From Candidatus Syntropharchaeum caldarium (GTDB lineage Archaea > Halobacteriota > Syntropharchaeia > Syntropharchaeales > Syntropharchaeaceae), in contig LYOS01000003.1 in the NCBI GenBank assembly GCA_001766815.1, forward strand, positions 55,254-87,253: a DNA stretch of 32,000 nucleotides. Reading direction: 5' to 3'. Positions 26,697 to 32,000 of the stretch are shown here, one piece after another. A model generated the notes under the pieces. That model was not told the DNA's origin. It saw only the letters and a list, made by a program, of their open reading frames with translations, and searched no databases. Within the stretch, counting starts at the first letter, position 1, and the number at the start of each line of letters is the position of its first letter. The position numbers and the translations under genes were made by a program.

Positions 26697-27698
26697 ATGG
26701 ATATCGAGCCAATCATGGTTGTAGTGGTGCTGGTGGCATCCTTTGCACTGACGATGGTGGTAACACCTCGACTGATACGAAAACTGAGAGATAAGGGAGA
26801 GGTGGTCAACGATTACTACAAGCTTGATTCGCGGGAGGTACCAACCAAGGGGGGCATTCTTATTCTTGGTGTTGTCTTCCTGATGCTTGCTCTTCTAACC
26901 ATCATCGAACACCTCTCAACTCCTGACTTCAACATACAGGTCACAGGTGTGGACTGGGCGATCCTGATTGTTGCAGGTCTTTTTGGGGCATTCGGTCTGG
27001 TTGATGATCTTGTGGATGTTGGAAGACCGCTGAAAATAATCTTTCTCTACTTCTTCTCCTTTCGCCTGATCTTTGAGATAGGATCAACGATGGTGACACT
27101 TCCCCTGATCGGAAGCTTTGACGCTGGCATTTTTTACCTCTTCCTGATCATTCCATTGTATGTTTTAGTGACAGCAAACCTCACAAACATGCACTCAGGG
27201 TTCAATGGTCTGGCATCCGGGGTCTCATTAATTATAATCACAACGCTGCTTCTCAAATTCATTGTCTCAGGACATGACGGTGTTCTGACACTTGGCTGTA
27301 TGTCTGGTGCTATTCTTGGATTTTTATGGTATAACAGTTATCCAGCCAGAATATTCTGGGGAAACATAGGTTCTCTATCCATAGGTGCTGCCATTGGTGC
27401 AGCAATCGTTGTATCAGGATTTCTGGTCGCAGGGTTTATCATGTTGATACCACATACGATCAACTTCCTGATGTACTTTTACTGGAGGGTAATGCACAAA
27501 CTTCACCCGGAGGATAAGCGATGGAAACTTGTTAAGTTCGGAAAGGTTCGGGAAGATGGAACACTTGAGGTTCCAAATCCCCTGACATTGAAATGGGTGC
27601 TCCCATATTACTTCAATGTGACCGAGAAGCAGACAGTACTGGCGATGTATGCGCTGACGATGATCTGCTGTGCAGTGGCATTCTTTGTGCCGTATTAG
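26697..27698 (+). CDS. Glycosyltransferase family 4 polyprenyl-phosphate HexNAc-1-phosphate transferase (AglH/WecA/MraY-like)
   Basis: Polytopic membrane ORF with GLVDDLVDVG and NMHSGFNGLASG motifs. I favour the ATG at 26697 (GAGGGG upstream) over the ORF-track TTG at 26679. Its stop overlaps the stop of the convergent gene. Confidence 0.8.
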   Translation: MDIEPIMVVVVLVASFALTMVVTPRLIRKLRDKGEVVNDYYKLDSREVPTKGGILILGVVFLMLALLTIIEHLSTPDFNIQVTGVDWAILIVAGLFGAFGLVDDLVDVGRPLKIIFLYFFSFRLIFEIGSTMVTLPLIGSFDAGIFYLFLIIPLYVLVTANLTNMHSGFNGLASGVSLIIITTLLLKFIVSGHDGVLTLGCMSGAILGFLWYNSYPARIFWGNIGSLSIGAAIGAAIVVSGFLVAGFIMLIPHTINFLMYFYWRVMHKLHPEDKRWKLVKFGKVREDGTLEVPNPLTLKWVLPYYFNVTEKQTVLAMYALTMICCAVAFFVPY

Positions 27699-29008
27699 CT
27701 CTGTTCTCTGAGCGATACTTTCACAAGCCCTGATGCGATATCACGTAACGCCTCTGAACGTCGATATTCATTATTTATGCGCCCTGCGACCTCCAGAGCT
27801 TCTTCAAACTTTCTGGCTTTAGCAAGCTCAGAGACGATCTCACACAAAACCTCTGAGTGTAGATTTTCATCATCGATACGCCCTGCGACCTCCAGAGCTT
27901 CTTCAAACTTTCTGGCTTTAGCAAACTTGAAAGCGATCTTACGCAAAGCCCATAACCGCCGTGAACGATCGTCTATACTCTCTGCAACCTCCAGCGATTC
28001 TTCAAGGATCTCTTTGTATGGTTCACCTGCTTCAGCAAACCTCAATGCAGTCTTACGTAAACACACTGCCCGTCGAAATCTGTCAGTTATACATCTTGTA
28101 TCTGCCAGTGATTCTTCAAGGATTTCTTTATACGGTTTTCCGGCTCTGGCGAGTCCTACTGCAATATCCCGTAGCGGCCATGAACGCATATATGTATCAT
28201 CTATACATTTTGCAACCCCCAGGGCTTCTTCGAACTCTCCAGCTTCAACAAGCCCAAGTGCAAGCTCGCGCATCGCCCATAGACGTCGGGATTTATTACT
28301 TATAGACCGTATAGCTTCCAGTTCTTCTTCAAAAACCTCTTTATATGGTTTGCCTGCCCCTGCAAGTCCTACCACAATCTTACGTAAAGCCCATGCACGC
28401 TGAGAGGCATCCTTTATACCCCTTGAAACCTCGAGCGCCTCGTCAAATTCCCCCACTCCCGTAAGTCCCACTGCAAGCTCGCGCAGAGTTTCAAAACGCT
28501 GCAGATCATCATTTATATATCCTGCAACTCTCAGTGCTTCATCAAGGATCTCTCGATAGGGTTCACCTGCTTCAGCGAGCCCCACCACGATCTCCTGCAG
28601 AGTTTCAAAACGCCTGAGTTTATTGCCCATATTTTGTGAAATCTCAAGTGCTTCATCAAGGATCTCCCTGTATGGTTTCCCGGCTTCAGCGAGCCCCACC
28701 ACGATCTCACATAAAGCCGATGAACGCTGCGATCTATCACCTATACTGCGTGCAATCTCAAGTGTTTCATCCAGGATCTTCCTGTATGGTTTCCCGGCTT
28801 CAGCAAGCCCCACCACAACCTTGCGCAAAGCCGATGAACGCAGATATTTATCACCTATATGACCTGAAACCTCAAGTGCATCCTCAAACTTACCTGCGTT
28901 AGCAAGCTCTGATACGATCTCATAGAGAGCTTCAAAACGTATATATTTATCATTTATATTTTTTACAATATCCAGGGCTTTTTTGGGACCGTCTATGCCA
29001 TTTCTCAT
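27695..29008 (-). CDS. Alpha-solenoid repeat protein B (12 units of a 33/38-aa helical repeat), function unknown
   Basis: 437-aa ORF made almost entirely of units such as LEIARSIGDRSQRSSALCEIVVGLAEAGKPYREILDEA and LEVSRGIKDASQRAWALRKIVVGLAGAG. Purine-rich codon usage supports coding on the minus strand. A TATA-like GATATTTATTGAC (minus strand, about 29045-29057) lies upstream. Confidence 0.8.
   Translation of the reverse strand: MRNGIDGPKKALDIVKNINDKYIRFEALYEIVSELANAGKFEDALEVSGHIGDKYLRSSALRKVVVGLAEAGKPYRKILDETLEIARSIGDRSQRSSALCEIVVGLAEAGKPYREILDEALEISQNMGNKLRRFETLQEIVVGLAEAGEPYREILDEALRVAGYINDDLQRFETLRELAVGLTGVGEFDEALEVSRGIKDASQRAWALRKIVVGLAGAGKPYKEVFEEELEAIRSISNKSRRLWAMRELALGLVEAGEFEEALGVAKCIDDTYMRSWPLRDIAVGLARAGKPYKEILEESLADTRCITDRFRRAVCLRKTALRFAEAGEPYKEILEESLEVAESIDDRSRRLWALRKIAFKFAKARKFEEALEVAGRIDDENLHSEVLCEIVSELAKARKFEEALEVAGRINNEYRRSEALRDIASGLVKVSLREQS
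27780..27924. repeat. Exact 46-bp intragenic duplication, 99-bp register
   Basis: The string cgccctgcgacctccagagcttcttcaaactttctggctttagcaa occurs at 27780-27825 and again at 27879-27924. The offset is 33 codons, and each copy encodes KARKFEEALEVAGRI. Confidence 0.9.
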
Positions 29009-29082
29009 CCTTCTTCAACTCACACGCCATTCTGCACCAGTCAATAAATATCTTCTTCCTCTTTTCAAAGCCGATTGATATC

Positions 29083-29823
29083 TTACTCCACTCTTGCAGC
29101 TATTACTGTAATGTTGTCATAACTTATCGGCTTCACAACCTCAATCAGATGCTTACAGATATTCTCGGCCCCAGAATTTAAAACAAGTTCTTTTATCTGC
29201 TCCTCCCTGAGTACATCACTGATACCATCAGAACAGAGGATGAGTATATCCTTATCTCCCAGATCTATATTGAAGAGATCGGGTTTTACACCTCTCATCC
29301 CAATTACTTTCGTTACAATATTCTTATGGGGATGTCCAAATGCCTTATCCTCCCTGAGCATTCCTGCATCAATGAGCTCCTGAACAAATGAGTGATCTTT
29401 TGTCACTCGCACAATCTCATCCCCAACAAGATATGCTCTGCTATCACCAACATTTGCCACAGCACCTCTACCATTATCATCAAGAAGTGCTGCCACAAGT
29501 GTTGTGCTCAGGTCACACCCTTCAGGGAACGACTTTGATCGATCGCAGACAGCATCGTTTGCCTTCCTGAAACCATCTTTAAGCAGTTCCTTCAGTGATT
29601 CCCTTGAAACAGACTTCAAGCTGGATAAGCCCGTTCTCACGGCATCGAGAAGTGTCATAACAGCAAGCTCACTTGCAATCTCTCCCGCATCGCAGCTCCA
29701 CACACCGTCTGCTACTGCTAAAAGATGATAAATTCCAGATTTATGCTCAAGTTTAAGTATACTGTAAAAATCCTCGTTATCGGGTCTACCACCCACATCT
29801 GTTGCACCGCAGCATCTCAGCAA
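29083..29823 (-). CDS. PP2C (PPM) family Ser/Thr protein phosphatase
   Basis: 246-aa ORF with ATDVGGRPDNEDF, LAVADG, VANVGDSRAYLV, VTKDHSFVQELIDAGML, ILCSDGISD and a terminal DNITVIAARVE. It uses a TTG start 12 nt after the upstream stop, preceded by GAGGTGAT. Confidence 0.85.
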   Translation of the reverse strand: MLRCCGATDVGGRPDNEDFYSILKLEHKSGIYHLLAVADGVWSCDAGEIASELAVMTLLDAVRTGLSSLKSVSRESLKELLKDGFRKANDAVCDRSKSFPEGCDLSTTLVAALLDDNGRGAVANVGDSRAYLVGDEIVRVTKDHSFVQELIDAGMLREDKAFGHPHKNIVTKVIGMRGVKPDLFNIDLGDKDILILCSDGISDVLREEQIKELVLNSGAENICKHLIEVVKPISYDNITVIAARVE

Positions 29824-29835
29824 AATTTATCACCT

Positions 29836-31275
29836 CTACCCCATCTTATCTCTAAGCGATACTTTCACAAGCCCTGATGCAATCTCACGTAACGCCTCTG
29901 AACGTCGATATTCATTATCTAAACGCTCCGTAAGCTTTAAAGCCTCTTCAAATTTCCTGTTTTTCACAAGTCCTGCTATGATCTCGCATAAGACTATGGA
30001 ACAGCGGGATTGATCATCCATGTGCTCTAAAACTTCGAGCGCATCCTCAAACTTACCCGCTTTAGCGAGCTTGGAAGCAATTCTATGCAAAGCCCATGAA
30101 CGCCTCGTCTCATCATCTATACATTCTGCAAACCCAAGAGCTTCTTCAAGTATATCTCTGTATGGTTCACCGGCACCGGTAAGTTCCAGTGCAATCCCAC
30201 ATAACGCCGATGAGCGCTGCGATCTATCACTTATACATCGTGCAACCTCGAGCGCTTCATCAAAAATCTCTTTAGATGGTTCACCTGCCCTGGCAAGCCC
30301 TGATGCAGTATTACGTAATGCCCAGGAACGCCGAAGCTCATCCTTTATACTCCTTGTAGCCTCCAGTGCTTCTTCAAGTATATCTCTGTATGGTTTGCCT
30401 GCCTCAGCAAGCCCTGATGCGATCACACGCAGGGGCAATGAGCGCAGATATTTGGTATTTATACTCCGTGCAACCTCGAGTGCCTCATCAAATTCTCCAG
30501 CTTCAGCAAGCCCCACCACAACCTTGCGCAAGGCCCATGAAGAGTGGAAATCATCACATATACGTCCTGATATCTCAAGTGCCTCATCAAATTCTCCAGC
30601 TTCAGCAAGCCCCACCACAACCTTGCGCAAGGCCCACGAACGCTGGTATCTATCTTCTATCTGCTCTGCAAACTCAAGTGCCTCATCAAGTACCTCTTTG
30701 TACGGTTTCCCGGCTTCGGCAAGCCTCAGTGCGATCTCACGCAGTGCTTCCGCAACTCGGTGTCCATCACCTATACGCCGTGCAACCTCAAGCGCCTCAT
30801 CAAATTCTCCAGCTTCAGCAAGCCCAGCTGCAATCTTACTCATAGCCTCCAGATGCTGATATCTATCCTTTATCCTCTCTGCAACATCGAGCACTTCTTC
30901 AAGTACCTCTTTGTACGGTTTGCCGGCTTTGGCGAGCCCCACTGCAATCTTGAGCAAGGCTTCAAGACGCCCAAACTCATTGCTTATACTCCGTGAAATC
31001 TCAAGCGCCTCATCAAGTATCTCTCGATAGGGTTTCCCGGCTTCGGCAAGCCTCAGTGCGATCTCACGCAGTGCTTCCATTCGCTGATATTTATTTACTA
31101 TGCGCCCTGATATCTCAAGCGCCTCATCAAACTCTCCAGCTTCAGCGAGCCCCACTGCAATCTCACGCAGTGCTTCCATTCGCTGATATTTATCGGTTAT
31201 ACGATCTGCAACCCCCAGAGCTTCTTCAAGATAACGCCCCACAGCACCCATATTCTTCTCAAGCAACCACACCAC
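29836..31275 (-). CDS. Alpha-solenoid repeat protein A (13 units of the same 33/38-aa helical repeat), function unknown
   Basis: 479-aa ORF (GTG at 31275; the ATG at 31251 is an alternative start). Example units are LEFAEQIEDRYQRSWALRKVVVGLAEAGEFDEA and LEVARSINTKYLRSLPLRVIASGLAEAGKPYRDILEEA. The C-terminal unit is nearly identical to that of protein B. Confidence 0.8.
   Translation of the reverse strand: MVWLLEKNMGAVGRYLEEALGVADRITDKYQRMEALREIAVGLAEAGEFDEALEISGRIVNKYQRMEALREIALRLAEAGKPYREILDEALEISRSISNEFGRLEALLKIAVGLAKAGKPYKEVLEEVLDVAERIKDRYQHLEAMSKIAAGLAEAGEFDEALEVARRIGDGHRVAEALREIALRLAEAGKPYKEVLDEALEFAEQIEDRYQRSWALRKVVVGLAEAGEFDEALEISGRICDDFHSSWALRKVVVGLAEAGEFDEALEVARSINTKYLRSLPLRVIASGLAEAGKPYRDILEEALEATRSIKDELRRSWALRNTASGLARAGEPSKEIFDEALEVARCISDRSQRSSALCGIALELTGAGEPYRDILEEALGFAECIDDETRRSWALHRIASKLAKAGKFEDALEVLEHMDDQSRCSIVLCEIIAGLVKNRKFEEALKLTERLDNEYRRSEALREIASGLVKVSLRDKMG
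30479..30636. repeat. Exact 59-bp intragenic duplication, 99-bp register
   Basis: The string agtgcctcatcaaattctccagcttcagcaagccccaccacaaccttgcgcaaggccca occurs at 30479-30537 and at 30578-30636. Each copy encodes WALRKVVVGLAEAGEFDEAL. Confidence 0.9.
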
Positions 31276-31335
31276 CCACTTTTTTGGTGATCTTACTTCA
31301 CCCTGTTAATACGTACTGATTATTCAAGCTCAATT

Positions 31336-31343
31336 GATAAATA
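31336..31343 (-). promoter_or_regulatory. TATA-like box upstream of repeat protein A
   Basis: The minus strand reads GGTATTTATCAATTG, 60-90 nt upstream of the candidate start codons. Confidence 0.3.
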
Positions 31344-31457
31344 CCTTCGCCTTCAACCGATCAACGATATTTGTTGCATCCCTGCTCGTTCTAATTTTGA
31401 AAATATCCCCTAAAGCATCACTTCACCATCAGGGTAAGAACACAACTATACCCACCG

Positions 31458-31463
31458 AAAAAA
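31458..31463 (-). terminator. Oligo-T tract (minus strand) after the small ORFs
   Basis: The minus strand reads CATTTTTTCGG, 8 nt after the TAG at 31471-31473. This separates the upstream unit from the repeat/PP2C cassette. Confidence 0.3.
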
Positions 31464-31580
31464 TGATCTTCTACTCTTCCCTCAACCTGTCCCCCACAGA
31501 TCGGATCTGATTCGCTGATTCATTCAGTCTTCCGCGCATCTTCATCAGTTCTCTACCAGCATCCCTCTCCTCTGATCCCT

Positions 31581-31724
31581 CTATCCGCGCAAGTTTTGTG
31601 TCCCCATCATTTTATCCCAGATCGCCCTTCCGCTTCCCCAATAAAGTTCTGTAGCCATATCCTCACAACAACCAAGCTCATCATACCTCGCTGGATCTCC
31701 TACATGATTCAGAAGCGGTATCAT
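31581..31724 (-). CDS. Small ORF (47 aa), possibly the 5' part of an ~84-aa frame-interrupted gene
   Basis: It is not in the ORF track. It translates as MIPLLNHVGDPARYDELGCCEDMATELYWGSGRAIWDKMMGTQNLRG and starts 7 nt after the upstream stop, preceded by GAGGTGAT. The -1 frame continues to 31471 (see finding). Confidence 0.3.
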   Translation of the reverse strand: MIPLLNHVGDPARYDELGCCEDMATELYWGSGRAIWDKMMGTQNLRG

Positions 31725-31730
31725 ATCACC

Positions 31731-32000
31731 TCATGTGGTTGTTCCAGGCATCAGGTGCTCTTCGGTCAGGAAAGTCCAGTAGCCATACCCTGGCGTCATA
31801 TCTATGAACTCAGAGATTCCTGGAGCGGGTGGATAGCTGTACACGAGCCTGAGATCTGTAGATGCCATTCCCTGGTACTCGACCGTTGATAGCATCGTTG
31901 CCTTATCACTGAGTCCTGTGGCAAGGACAAACTCCTCAACAGTCCAGCCCTCATCTGTGATATGACCGATCATGTTCCAGCCAACATACAGCTCCTGTAC
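31731..32000 (-). CDS. C-terminal end of a hypothetical protein (5' part outside the window)
   Basis: The frame is open to the window edge (VQELYVGWNMIGHITDEGW...PGYGYWTFLTEEHLMPGTTT*). The beta-rich GWNxIG / GYGYW motifs suggest an extracellular beta-sandwich domain, but I recognise no family. Confidence 0.5.
   Translation of the reverse strand, partial: VQELYVGWNMIGHITDEGWTVEEFVLATGLSDKATMLSTVEYQGMASTDLRLVYSYPPAPGISEFIDMTPGYGYWTFLTEEHLMPGTTT

Noticed and set aside
30020-30859. Long plus-strand ORF (279 aa, Ser/Ala/Pro-rich) antisense to repeat protein A, and similar plus-strand ORFs at 27777-28403 and 30366-30845
   Set aside because: These are mirror images of the codon-periodic minus-strand repeats. 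Their translation is low-complexity, they have no start context, and the minus-strand frames give coherent helical repeats and a complete operon structure.
27700-31250. Periodic DNA repeats that could superficially suggest a CRISPR array or a non-coding tandem repeat
   Set aside because: The periods are 99 and 114 bp and codon-phased. The units are contiguous with no unique spacers, the copies are only partly identical, and everything lies inside long intact ORFs.
1-32000. Search for tRNA, rRNA, transposase/integrase genes, terminal inverted repeats, or direct repeats flanking the glycan or PP2C regions as island borders
   Set aside because: None was recognised. The intergenic spacers are short and lack cloverleaf-like or IS-like structure. 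I found no integrase or transposase motifs in any ORF, so I cannot support a mobile-element call.

Overview
Gene-dense (about 90% coding) chromosomal segment that looks archaeal, probably from a methanogen- or methanotroph-like euryarchaeon. The evidence is an archaeal-type AlaRS, TATA-box-like A/T elements 20-30 nt upstream of several start codons, a GGTGAT/GGAGG Shine-Dalgarno before internal operon genes, CbiM, an AglH/GT4-type glycosyltransferase and a PGF-CTERM-like coding remnant. All calls come from reading the ORF translations and DNA by eye and from remembered family motifs; no database search was run. Left to right the window contains: (1) a metal/corrinoid block with cbiM, cbiD, cbiE, a Zn/Cd-type P1B ATPase and a divergently transcribed BtuFCD/Fhu-like ABC importer whose ATPase carries an extra ~160-aa C-terminal domain; (2) the housekeeping genes alaS, ppsA and a PolX-PHP polymerase; (3) a tight four-gene sulfur-trafficking/redox operon (TusA-like, SQR-like flavoprotein, CoADR/NSR-like flavoprotein, DsrE-like); (4) a nine-gene nucleotide-sugar/glycan cassette with WbpE/B/D/A-like enzymes for UDP-2,3-diacetamido-glucuronate, two GlmU-like enzymes, glmS and a GT4 phosphosugar transferase; (5) the most unusual region, a minus-strand cassette in which a PP2C phosphatase lies between two paralogous proteins built from 12-13 copies of a 33/38-residue helical repeat, with exact codon-phased DNA duplications indicating ongoing gene conversion. 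I found no rRNA, tRNA, CRISPR array, transposase or integrase. Two small ORFs missed by the 60-aa ORF track look interrupted by single-nucleotide frame changes; one encodes a signal peptide followed out of frame by a PGF-CTERM-like sorting signal.
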